Origin: Antedon mediterranea
Lineage: Eukaryota > Animalia > Echinodermata
Direction: 5' to 3'
Length of the DNA: 64,000 nucleotides
NCBI RefSeq assembly: GCF_964355755.1
Contig: NC_092674.1
Span: 20,336,001 to 20,400,000, forward strand
The notes beneath the pieces are model-generated. The model had not been told where the DNA came from. It worked only from the letters and a program-made list of their open reading frames with translations, and did no database searches. This document shows, one piece after another, positions 14,701 to 27,535 of the stretch; position 1 is the stretch's first letter; each line of letters starts with the position of its first letter. The translations under genes were made by a program, and so were the position numbers.

Positions 14701-16702
14701 CAAATAAAAGGCTCAAACGGTGCGAGACTGTTTTTCTATTGACGCCGGTTAGATTTCGGCTTTAGAGGCGTTGATGGTTTTAAATCTTCTTAAGTCAATC
14801 TTATAAACGTCACAACGTTGGGTGATTAGTGAAATATTAGTTGTCAATCTACTTAATTTTTTTCGAAATTCTAAATTCTTTTACATCCCGGTACTTTTAT
14901 TTATTATTATCATGTTTCAGTTATTGAAAAGATATAATTGATTTTTATATTTAAAACGCATTAATATTTTAAAAATATAACATGATTCATTTTTATAATA
15001 AATAAAACCGACATTTGTTTATAATGATATGAAATAACATTTTATTGAGGGCGCTTAACTGAAACCATCACTGTTCACAAGAAATTAACGTAATTATTTT
15101 AGATAATTATCATAATAAATAAATATGAGAAAAACATATCAGCAGATTTGAATTAATTGATAAACGATAAAATATACCAATACAACCTATGTGTAAAATG
15201 AAAATTAGGTACTTTATTTTTATTAATGGCATGAACTAAGTGTTAATCAGTGCACGTTGAGGTCCAGCAATCATGCATAGCTATTTTTGTTGCTTGACGT
15301 TTTATTTAAAATCATAAGCTGTAGATAATGTGCTCAACAGACTGAGAAATGAAAAATAAGAGGTTAAGAAAATATTCTAAAGAAATGTATTGAGTAGTTT
15401 TAGTCCCAAGGTCTTAATACCTGTGTTATTTCAGGTCAAACAAATACCTGTACTACCCGTCTTACACCTTGTGCAAATACTTTTCAGCAACCCCCACCGA
15501 GGAACACTATGTATTCAACACTTTTATATTTCTAAAGAACTATAGAATATGTTCGTTAAGAAAGCGTTGAACTTCATGTTGGCATTTTACTTGAGTAGAC
15601 ACGGTATTTTGGAGCTTACAGACTGAAGTCAACAACTGCCCTACATTGTATACAAGTATTATTTAATTAAAATTGAGAACCATTAAAAAAAAAATTTAAA
15701 GTATAAAACTAAAGTAACTGCAATGTTTTAGAAATAAAAAATCATGAGAAAATAGGAATGGAATGGAAATAATATTAAAATACCCGTTGAACGATTAATT
15801 GAATGATTATTGATCCAAAAAGTATGATGGACGAATGAAACATTACTCATAATGATATTGTTTAATTTGCTTAAACTTAAACTTTAAGCCTACCATTAAT
15901 CGACAAAAACGGTTAAAAAATAACCTTTTGAACAAGTTAAAAAGAATCATGATCTATGACACTTACTATGACGTAAAATCATATTGAAATGGTCTTGTTT
16001 ACATAATCTTCTTACTTCCATTTTGAAACACAAGTCTAAAAAAAAATTTTAAAAATCACAATCGTTATTATTGTTAAGCATAACTAACTGTATGCATAAT
16101 GAAATATCTATAATATACATATTTAGAGGCAGTAGAAGAAATTCTAAACCTCCCAGTGATACTGAATACAATCAATTAATTTGAAACGGTTGATATATGA
16201 ATTGTCAGGCACAAATTCTACAGTAAAATTAATTATAAAGACAGATCAATGAAAGTAATTCATATTTATCATTGCTATATATCTTCTTTAACTTAACATA
16301 TTAGTATACTTGTTGATCCAAAATATTTAACCGACGTCTGAAAGCAAACAAACAAAGTGTGCATTCTCATCGAAAATGTGAGCAGGGCGGAAATATAAAT
16401 ATTGATTCTGACTTGAAATTTCCGTTGAGCATCTTGAATCTCTTTAATCATGTCATTAGTCAAAATAGACGATCGCATCTTACTGGAGAATCGTAGGCCT
16501 ATATAGGTTGGATACATCTATATTTGTTTTATAATCTTTTTATTCAAATGATAGGTCAATTATGATTTGTCCATGGGATTGACTGCAATTATAGATACAA
16601 AATGTACACAGGGTATTCTTCAGAGATGGAGGCAATTTCCTGAATTATCATTGGTCGATATCATATTAGCATGATGCCTTATACAAAATACATGGCCATT
16701 TT

Positions 16703-16951
16703 AATGTTACATTAATATTTATCCACTTTGACAAAAAATTGGATCAAAAAATCATTTATTTACCTGCAAAACTGTAATTTAAAGCAACAAATAGTCAAAT
16801 TGGGTTTTTTGGTTGAAGTTCATCGTTTATTTTGTCTTTTTATATTTGTAAAAAAATGTGTTTCGTTTATTTTCTACGGAAGTGATTACCTTATATTAAA
16901 ACTACAAAATAATTTATTCAAAGTATGATTTATTTAATTTTCATTTTTCAT
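16703..16951 (+). mobile_element. Internal fragment of the same Kolobok-like family, TIRs lost
   Basis: Collinear similarity to 41150-41403 (ATCCACTTTGAC.AAAAATTGGATC, ATTTACCTG.AAAACTGTAA, TTTTCTACGGAAGTGATTA). Confidence 0.7.
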
Positions 16952-19900
16952 ACTATAAAAGTATTCTATATCCATTTGTCAGCAAATAAATAAAATTGAA
17001 TTGTGTAACTTCTGAAATGAGTTGGATTGAACTGGAAAATGCAGTAGGCCTACAAAATATTTGGACAAATCTGCTGGTAAAATATTTTATTATTACTGGT
17101 ATATAAATAAACAGGAATTCGGATAATCTAATCTCTGTTCTAATTTAAGTCAATTCGAAACATATACTCGAAATAACTTATGAGAGCATATTATAGTGTA
17201 GCAGTAGGCCTATATAAGCTACTATAGCGTAATATGATGATTTAAATATACTTAAAATAACATTTACTATACAAAAAAATTGGGAATGTTAAGATCACAC
17301 AATGAAATTACGGTAATCAATGATTTCTTACTGAAATATATTTCATTTGTCTAGGCCTACACAGTTCATTTAAAGTCTATAAAATAAAATTTAATTTTAT
17401 GGATAACCACTTTATACAATAGGCTTATCCATTTTTTGAATAAATACAATCGGGGGTTTTTCCTAGATAGATAGATTTCATGATAGATAGTTAGAAAGCA
17501 AATTTAAAGAAAGGTAGTTGTATTCCTATCAGTACAGCACTAATGTTCGTTGTTTCCGGTTATAATAATAATAATAATATTTATTGGTTACTCTCCTTTA
17601 AAACGGAGGAACACTCTCGTAACAAGAGGTTCAACCTATACAAAATGTTTACACATCTATAAGTAGGCTCACATTATTAAAAATAGATATTTTATTCTTT
17701 ACGAATACATTTCTTTAAAATAATTTTTAGTGTGTCTCTCTCGTCGTTCTACTCATATCTGAGTACTCGTGACCAGTGTGTATTGATTTGTAAATAAAAG
17801 TATACTGTTCTGCAAGAGACAATTATGCGCTTAAAATATTAATCATCTTTAGCAAAGTTATTTGTTTTGTCATTTAACGACCGATTGACTATGTCAAATA
17901 ATACAATAAATACATATTGTACTGTTAAGAATATAACAATAATAATTTATTCAAAAGGTGTAATATACACAATACAGCGATTAATCTGATAACGAATTCA
18001 ATGATGAACCTTATCAAAAGAAAGAGAACAATATTTATTGTTTGTTAACAATGTAGGTGAAATTAATAGTTTTGTCACTGTGATAAGGTGAGCAAATTTG
18101 AATTGATCATTGCAATTATATCCATTTTATTTTAATACAGAAAAACAACGAATGGAACACTTTCTGCATTCACTTTCGTTGGAGTTCTGCTGATACTGTA
18201 TTATGTTATTACCATACTTTTAAATTTACTAATATTTTCCAGATCTAAAGATGAAACTGGGATTAAAAATTAAAAAATTGTTCAAATTAAATGATATACA
18301 TTATTATCTTTATTATATTATTGTCCAAATACCGTTATTTTTTATGTTGAATGTGCCATTTTAATGTGACATAATAGTAAATTGGTTTTTTTATAAACTT
18401 AACTAAATTAATCATTATTTTAACTTGATCAAACTACAAAATGGTCTAATTCAAAGTTTGATTTTATTCACCTTTATTTTAAAAATAATTTGATAATATA
18501 AAAACCGAACTATAAATAATCAACAGCATATATATCACCGACACACACACGCACCTGTTGTAAAATACTTATATCCTTATATTTGCCTACATGTAGAAAA
18601 GCTAACTGGTAATTTCTAATTATAATCGTGAATATATAAAAATGTATAAAGGCCTTATTCAGTGTTGTTTTTCCCCTGATAAATACTAAAACTCATTGAT
18701 GTAATAAAAATTAATTGCATTATTATTAAAAACTTGCTCGTGCCATGTAATTTCTTAATTGTAAAGATATAAAGATTTTATAAATATTCATGTGTGAAAG
18801 TATTACGTGGTTTGAATAAATGCATGTGTTGTCGTTCATTATGTACCGTAATACATTAGAACGAATAGAATACAACAAGAATGAATTTATTTTACTGGCA
18901 CAATAAAATGGTGAAGGTCGAAAACTGGATAAGATCGTGGAATGGAATAAATATTAGGTACCGCATGTAAATTTGTTTCTAACCGAGTTACCGAGTTATA
19001 GTAGAATTTTAAGTTATGGATACATTTCTCTGTAGGTTTACTTGGTCACTTATTACATTAGACTGGTTAAAAAAATGAAAACCGGTTAGCCAAATTAACC
19101 AAATTATTTTCGTGCGGTGGATTTCATATTCTGAAGGAAAAAAAATACTGCGCATGCGAGAGTATAACTGTCGAATTACTATAAACCAAGAAATAGGAAT
19201 ATTCATTATTGTGAATTTGTTGAAATTATTATAGAATTTGAAGCTGTATGCCTATATTTTTACAAATTATGGTACATGTAGGCCTACCGTAATATTCCAA
19301 TAATTCTATAAATAAAACAACTAGGCTACCTTTAAAAAAAAGTTTAGGCCATACATTGTATTGTAGTGTTGCATTGTATAATCACAGCTTAAGTATTTTT
19401 GATTAATTCAATAACACTTTAGTTTGTGATTTTAAATAATAATAATAATATAATGATAACCTTATTTAACTAATTCGTGTTTTGAAGAATACTAAAAAGG
19501 CAATACATAAATTACAATTATTAAAATAAAATCGCCAATTTTTCAATTAATTATTGGTAAATTTTACAATATTTAGAAATAAATTAGAGATTCATTATAT
19601 TTTTTTACCATAAAAAAACATGACCACTGTTTATTTGGCATTTAAAAAATTATTTAATAAGCGTGGTACCTAGCACATTATTATGCAATATTCTGAACAT
19701 TTGCGTGATTACGTAGCAGAAAATCGCCAAGGGATTTTGCGCCGAAAACGAAAATCAATGACAATAGTCGAGATCTCAAGAAGGTGATAATGACATACCC
19801 CATGGTGTCAGAGTAGATTTTAATTAAAGTATTTGTGTGAGAATTTAGCGTATTTCTTCATCATACGCATCATTTACATACGTTATTGACACTTATATCT

Positions 19901-22900
19901 TTCAATCACGCTTTATGTTTCTAAACAAAATTGTGTTTTATGATATAAAGTCTAAATGAAAAATAAAATTGATATTTCCTCAGTACATCTTCGATTACAC
20001 TAAAAATGATAATATTTCGAATACTTAATTTACAATAAAAAGAGACAATCAAAAAAAGAACAAAAACGGAAAGAAATGTACCTTTAGTAAGAGAAATAAA
20101 TAGTTCTAAAATCTTCATTATTTGCCTGGTTTTAAAGCGCATCGGTATTGGTTAACAATTTGAATGATTTATAGATGATAACATTTATTTTTGAAAAAGC
20201 TTTACTTGAACAAGCACAGAAAGGGTAATAAAAGATAGACCTGTTGTTAGAACATGGCAATTCGTAAAATGTGAAATATGTGTATCAAAAAGAGGTAAAT
20301 TCAATCTTTAATTCGTGTAAAATACAACATTCTGATTAATTACCGTACGCTTCTTGTAAAATCTGGAATTTGAAAATGATTCTTGCATGAACGTACCAGA
20401 CGTCCACAGTCACGACTTTTAAGATAAATGTAGTTAGGGCGCCATCATATCATATTCTGTCAATTTTGAAATATTTTAATACACATTGTGAAGCAATTTG
20501 ATAATATGATAATATCAATAAAATATTATATCGCAATGTTATAGTGTGTCCTTACAATAGCAACAAACGAAATATTTAAATCCTTAAGTGATCTTTTGTA
20601 TTTTCATTTTGAGAAGTAAATTTCATATAAAATTAACACACAATACAATATTGATTTTGAACAATAAGCAGAGGTGAATGTATTCTTGTTGAAATTATTA
20701 TGAGGTTATAATATTAGAAATGCATTTTTAAAAGTATTATTGCAGTGCTACATTTGTGTTTGTAAAAGCTTTAACACTTTGAGAAAAAGAGAAAAGTCTA
20801 TGTTTTATTTTGTAAATACTAGGTGTCGTGTAGACGTCAGACTTGTATCAGTAGTGATGATGACGTCAATTACAATGACCAGGATTGAAGATAGTCGATA
20901 ATATGAACAGCATGATGATGATGATAATGATGACGTTGATGATGATGATAATTTATAATGACAAAAAAAAGTTTTTCATTTTATATTTCTGAATAATATA
21001 TATAAATTAGCCATTATTTTAATTCATTTTGCTCTAATTAACAGAATGTTAAGAAATACTAGCAACAAATGAGGAGAAAATAAGAAAAACAATAAATTGA
21101 AAATAACAAGAAATTTAGAGAATATTTAGGCCTATATAAATATTTAAAGAATAAAAAGTCAAAGTGTATAATAACTATTTTGTTATGCATTGTGTAACAC
21201 GAAAATGTATGTATTGTTATTGTATGTGGGGTAGGCCTGATGGTTATATGATGATGGCGGCAAAAAAAGAAAAATGTGCCTCCTTAAGTCAAAGTTCATG
21301 TAGGCTAGGCCTAAATCGATTGTGTCGGCTACCGAATTTGCAATAAAGTGCAATTTTTCATAATCAAATTGTATAGTGCAGGAAATATTCTAAGTTGAAT
21401 CAATCACTTGCAGCGTGAGTGGTTAAGAAGTAAACACCTGTGTTCAAAATCCTACTCGGAAAACCGCATACGGTTTTATCCGAAGCTCAAGGACTTGCAT
21501 ATATAACGGTGCAATAATAATAAACTAACATAACAGCGATTATATAGAAGGGACAAACATTATATAATTTACGAGACGAGAGACTGCCGATTTGAATCCG
21601 AATTGGAACGAAGCAACATTTTACAAATAAATCTGATAAAATCATACATTGTACACCTTTAAATGAGCAGACCTACGCCTTATAATTTCGGAAATTGTGA
21701 TTTGCAGCCAACTTAACTTGGTAAAAATGTATCTATACAAACGTGTACAGTATTTATTATATGACCTCTTGACCTTTGCATCACTGTTTGTCTCTTTTAC
21801 TGATCAAAATGGCTGAATAAAGGTGCTGATGGTAATTGCAAAATAATAAATTTTTTTTATAAACAAATTGCGTTACCACATTCTAAACTCTGTTTCCATC
21901 AATTCAAAATAAACTAATTACATAACCTGCGCATGCTCTGATTCTGTTGATGTTAACGTCAATAGTTTTAGCTAAATGCCTATTAGATACGAGTTTATCC
22001 TACTAAGCTAATTTCTACGCTGATGGAGATTTTCCAATTAAATTTCCTAGAGATGAGGATTTTGTCAGTCAATGCAATTGACACTAATAGTCTTTAATGG
22101 TCTAAAAAGAACTACTTTAAGAATCTTCTGAATGAGACAACATTGATTGGTATTAAGTTTCCATATCTATAGGAACATATATTAAGTGTTTAATAATGAT
22201 AAATCATCACGACTTGTATACATCTGAGATGTGCAATGTATCGATTAGTAGCCAGAAGATTTGGGAGATGAGTGCGTTGGAAAGCGTCTAAGTGCTACGA
22301 AAATAAGATGAAGCAAATAGCGATCATCTTTCTATCTAATCAAATAATGTCTCAATCATGTATTCTAAACGTTTCCCGTGAGGTTTTTATAGTTGAGTAT
22401 ACCGCCTCTTCATGTTAAGTGATTCACAGCTCGAGATACAAAGAAAGTGTTGACTACCTGTTAGGTTACACGCGCTTGCTTTTATTATCAATTGTGTATG
22501 AATTATTATACTGTAGGTTATTATTTATAGTGTGTAGCCTGCAATGGAAACAAGCGTTGAGAAGGATGTGAATTAATTTAAATATGTTAAAACTATGATG
22601 GTATCTTTATCTAAGCAGCAGAGATAACATTTAATTTATGATCGTTTTACTAACCATGTAATACAATTTTAAAAAGGTTAAAAACACTTTGAATCTAAAA
22701 TAGCAACACAAAATAATGTGTTCAATGAATATCTGTATATCTATTTATTTATTAAAGTAAGGATACTACATTAATTAAAAAGTACATGACAAGTTTATTG
22801 TTTCAAAATAATAAAGATTTTACACAAATTCTATGATACAAAAGGGGTTATTTTTCCTCTTTTATAGGGATATCACCCACATTTTACTCTTATATAAATA

Positions 22901-23259
22901 ACGCATATTGTTTTAAAACATAACGATAGTTAATTAAAAAACTGTATTCTTATCTACACGTATATCTGTATATTTTATACCAGATGTTTACAACATTTTC
23001 TTTTAACATTTTCTTACACTATAATTATAATTTTTTTATGTAATTTTCTTACACACTGTATATTTTTATAATATATAATTCATTTCTGCTGACTCAGATA
23101 ATTATTTTGCTTCTAATAAGCCTAATTTACTTAGGCCTATACATAATAATAATAATTTGGAATAATATTATTTAAATAATAATTTATACTTTATCTTGTA
23201 CGGTATCTTTAAAAAACGTGTTATTATATAACAAACCAAATGATGGACTCAATAATTCT

Positions 23260-23369
23260 TAGTTAAAACCAATACAGAGAGGTAACTACCGTATCTAGTT
23301 AAAACCAATACAGAAAGGTAACTACCGTATCTAGTTAAAACCAATACAGAGAGGTAACTACCGTATCTA
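23260..23369. repeat. 36-bp tandem repeat, 3 copies
   Basis: TAGTTAAAACCAATACAGA(G/A)AGGTAACTACCGTATC starting at 23260, 23296 and 23332. Confidence 0.95.
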
Positions 23370-24235
23370 ATAGTATTTTTTTTATTATAGTTATTCTATT
23401 TTTGGTGTATTATATAAAAAAGTATACGTTCCGTTAAAATGTATTATATTTATTAGAATATTAATATAATTAGAATTTAATCAATGGCTTAAATTAATTA
23501 GCTCTTTACATATGTTTTAAATCGATTTATTATATATTTTCATATTGTCATATATTTAATAAATTAGCATTATTTTTTTTATTCAATAATATGAATCAGA
23601 GAGTCTCGCTTGAAAATGTCATGCAAGGTAATTAACGATCTAAATGACAAGAAATAAATAATTCTCCCATATTGCAGAATGACGCTAGATCTGTATCAGA
23701 GAGCAGATGTTTGTTTGAAAATCAATACAAACAACGATCTTGATGTAAAACCAAATTTTAGCCAAAAAATAAGCAAAATTATGTTAGGGAACATTTTATT
23801 ATTTTTTGTTGTCGCTGTTACCACTATGTCGGTATAATTATGATTTGTTTATTGAAATGAAATAAAATATATTTTACCAAATCAATTTATGTTATGAACG
23901 TTTTATTAATCTCTAGTTACCACAATATCGGTGGATTTTTTGTTTGTTTCTGGAAATTAAACATGTTTTTTTATCAACTTAATTAATATGTCTTTGCAAT
24001 TATGTTGTTGTTACTACCAGTACTATATAGGCGGAATTTGGTTGTGTATGATCAAAGAATATTTTTATGTATTTATATATTTTTTATTATGTAATAATAT
24101 AATTTATTTCCATAGAATTCAGTACACACCACTTTAGAAAATATTTACAATTTGGAAGGAAGATGATTGCTATAATATGCGTCAGAGAGTGATGTTTTCA
24201 CAGCCCTTATAATAAATATAAATATATTATATTTA

Positions 24236-24411
24236 AATCCAAAGGCAAATTACTGAAAAAAATGACAATGCTGTGGGTATCAGTGGCTGGATCTCAATGG
24301 AGATACAAAAAAAAGCGAAAAGCTAAATCAAAACGATAAAGTAAACAGCCAGAAAAGTTAGCAGAGCTTTCGGGCAACACTAGCCCTTCATCAGTGCAAG
24401 ATATTATATAT
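24236..24411 (-). mobile_element. Short Penelope-like element (pLTR-type) insertion carrying a hammerhead ribozyme
   Basis: Segment flanked by an exact 20-bp direct repeat ATATAAATATATTATATTTA (24216-24235 and 24412-24431). It contains a minimal hammerhead motif, a known hallmark of Penelope-like pLTRs. Confidence 0.7.
24361..24397 (-). ncRNA. Minimal type I hammerhead ribozyme
   Basis: Minus strand reads GCA-CUGAUGA-A-GGGC-UAGUGUU-GCCC-GAAA-GC-UC-UGC: full catalytic core, stem I GCA/UGC, stem II GGGC/GCCC, palindromic AGCU in place of stem III, and a UC cleavage site. Confidence 0.78.
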
Positions 24412-26378
24412 ATATAAATATATTATATTTATGTATAGATTATTAGTAAAATTTAATTCAATGTTGTAAAGTCAAATAACAAGGCCTGTCAAAATAGATA
24501 CAATCTATTTAATTAATGAAAGAATATAAACCTACATAATATGACATTTTAATAGAGGCCTTAGAATGATTCAAACTCCAAAAAGGTCATGTAAAGAAAA
24601 ACGTCGCGTCGCCATTTTGGAACACTGGTTGAAACTGTTAACCAATGAACCGTGCATTGGCGCAATCAGTAAAAGTTAGCTAAAACAACAACATTACTTT
24701 AAAAATATGTTTTTCTTTTTATCAGAACTGAAATCATTTCCATGGACAATAATGTATCAACTTGTAGAAGAAATAACCATTGCGTCGATCCATACAGGCT
24801 GGTCGCAGCGTTATTCAAATTAATCTAATACGTCACGACAAGGAAGTCAAAATAATCTCGAACACCTACCTTCTAACACTTTTCACTAAAACTGGTCGTT
24901 GGATTAACCATTCTTCAGAGTGTGTAATTCTAAAAAAATGTAAATTAGAAAGAATATAAATCCAAATTTAGTAATAATTCGCTTGAATATCTACCCAGAA
25001 GCTAGCCGTGTTGTTGAACGTGCAAACTAACAAGTAATACTGAAGCATACGTTTGTCATTGTATATGTTAAGAAATGGCTATTGATAACGGATATTTCCA
25101 TGAAAATACACCCTTTCAAACATCTTTTAGTTACTTTTGTTTGATTGCAATAAAGAATTGTAACAATATTGAGCTGATGAATGAAATTACTTGGGCATAA
25201 TAGACTGGATAGAAAAAGAATGATACTGCTGTAAAGGCTATTGTTCGTTAATTGCTAAAGGGAATGGCACGGTAAAAACACCAGCTTTTCATTGAAACAA
25301 AAATGGCAACGATTAACAAAGAATAAAGGTCTATCACCCAATTTGATTGCAAGCAAGAGATGTTGACAAAGAGTCAGAGATGAAACGCAAGGCGAAGGTG
25401 ACGTTTTATTATTTAAATCTCAGTCTCAATTACATGTTTCTTTAAGAACATTTGGTAAACAGTTAAGAGAGCCTTGGAGAAAACATACCAAGTGGTTGTA
25501 ATAGCAAATCGCCACCAATCGTTAACGAACACGTAATAACAAATCTGAAGTAATTATATTGATATATTTATGTAAAATGATGTTGAAACAAAACTCAAGG
25601 AAATCTACCCGATTCTCTTTAACTGTAAATCGCATATTATAGGCCTATTTATAGCTTTTGTAATCTAGCCTATAGCTTTTTTTTGCGACTTGTTAAAAAT
25701 GAGGTAGGCTTCTATGATTAACCATTGTCTGATAGACCGGTATTTTTATGAAATGTGTCCACTGGAAAACAGAGTGTCTCCAATGGTAAAAAAAACATAA
25801 TAATAAAAAAAAAAAAAACACAATTAATATTATTATTAATTCTAGTTTTTTATATTTTGCCATGGTTACGGTAGCCCCATCTAAGTTTAAAATTAGGATA
25901 TGCCAATCTGGTATAGTTTACGTTTACGGTGCGTTATTAGAACGATTTCGTGAACGATGAATGTTGTACAGTATATGAAAAATCTATTTTAGTGTATGTA
26001 ATACGACTCCAATAAACGAATAGTACCTTCGGTTCCAATTACCCTTTACAGTATCGAATACAAGTCACAATTAACCAATCACTTTGTTAACAGTTCTATA
26101 ATAATGATCCAAATGGCAGTCGGACAGCGTTAGAGCGACGTAGATATTAAGCGTCAGAAATGGGATCCCAAACTAGCTACAATTGGTAATGATGTTCAGT
26201 CATGTGTAAGGCCTTCTTTTATTCTACCAATACATCATCAACTGTTGACCATAATAATTCATTATCATTTCATAAAGAAACATATTCTTAAAGTCGAATA
26301 AGAAATTCTATCGCCCTTTCAATGTTCATGTGTTGAATTGACTTGTTAACCAATCACAGTAGCTATGCTATACTGGCA

Positions 26379-27535
26379 TAGATTCAGTGTATCAAGCAAG
26401 TAATACACTAGTTAGATTCAGTGCAACCATCTTGAAGCAAGCAATGCATAATCTAGAGATTCAGTGAAACAAACTTTAAGCAAGTAATACATAATCAGAG
26501 ATTCAGTGCAACAAACTTAAAGCAAGTAATACATAATCTAAAGATTCAGTGCAACAAACTTAAAGCAAGTAATACATAATCTAAAGATTAAGTGAAACAA
26601 ACTTAAAGCAAGTAATACATAATCTAAAGATTCAGTGAAACAAACTTAAAGCAAGTAATACATAATCTAAAGATTAAGTGAAACAAACTTAAAGCAAGTA
26701 ATACATAATCTAAAGATTAAGTGAAACAAACTTAAAGCAAGTAATACATAGTGTAAAGATTCAGTGCAACAAACTTAAAGCAAGTAATACATAATCTAGA
26801 GATTCAGTGCAACAAACTTAAAGCAAGTAACACATAATCTAAAGATTCAGTGCAACAAACTTAAAGCAAGTAATACATAATCTAAAGATTAAGTGAAACA
26901 AACTTAAAGCAAGTAATACATAATCTAAAGATTAAGTGAAACAAACTTAAAGCAAGTAATACATAGTCTAAAGATTCAGTGCAACAAACTTAAATCAAGT
27001 AATACATAATCTAGAGATTCAGTGCAACAAACTTAAAGCAAGTAATACATAATCTAAAGATTCAGTGCAACAAACTTTAAGCAAGTAATACATAATCTAA
27101 AGATTCAGTGCAACAAACTTAAAGCAAGTAATACATAATCTAGAGATTCAGTGCAACAAACTTAAAGCAAGTAATACATAATCTAAAGATTCAGTGCAAC
27201 AAACTTTAAGCAAGTAATACATAAGAGATTCAGTGCAACAAACTTAAAGCAAGTAATACATAATCTAGAGATTCATTGCAACAAACTTAAAACAAGTAAT
27301 ACATAATCTAAAGATTCAGTGCAACAAACTTTAAGCAAGTAATACATAAGAGATTCAGTGCAACAAACTTTAAGCAAGTAATACATAATCTAGAGATTCA
27401 TTGCAACAAACTTAAAACAAGTAATACATAATCTAAAGATTCAGTGCAACAAACTTTAAGCAAGTAATACATAAGAGATTCAGTGCAACAAACTTTAAGC
27501 AAGTAATACATAATCTAGTAGATTAAGTGAAACAA
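26379..27535. repeat. 43-bp minisatellite, about 27 copies
   Basis: Unit AAGATTCAGTGCAACAAACTTAAAGCAAGTAATACATAATCTA; period 43 (G at 26543 and 26586). Degenerate at the left edge, with some 39-bp deletion variants and no spacers. Confidence 0.97.

Noticed and set aside
21177-21192. Sox-Oct composite element TTTGTTATGCATT (also CATTGTCATGCTT at ~50507)
   Set aside because: Octamer half is incomplete and such matches are expected by chance in AT-rich DNA.
26379-27535. 43-bp repeat array as a CRISPR array
   Set aside because: Units are contiguous with no unique spacers, there are no cas genes, and the context is eukaryotic.
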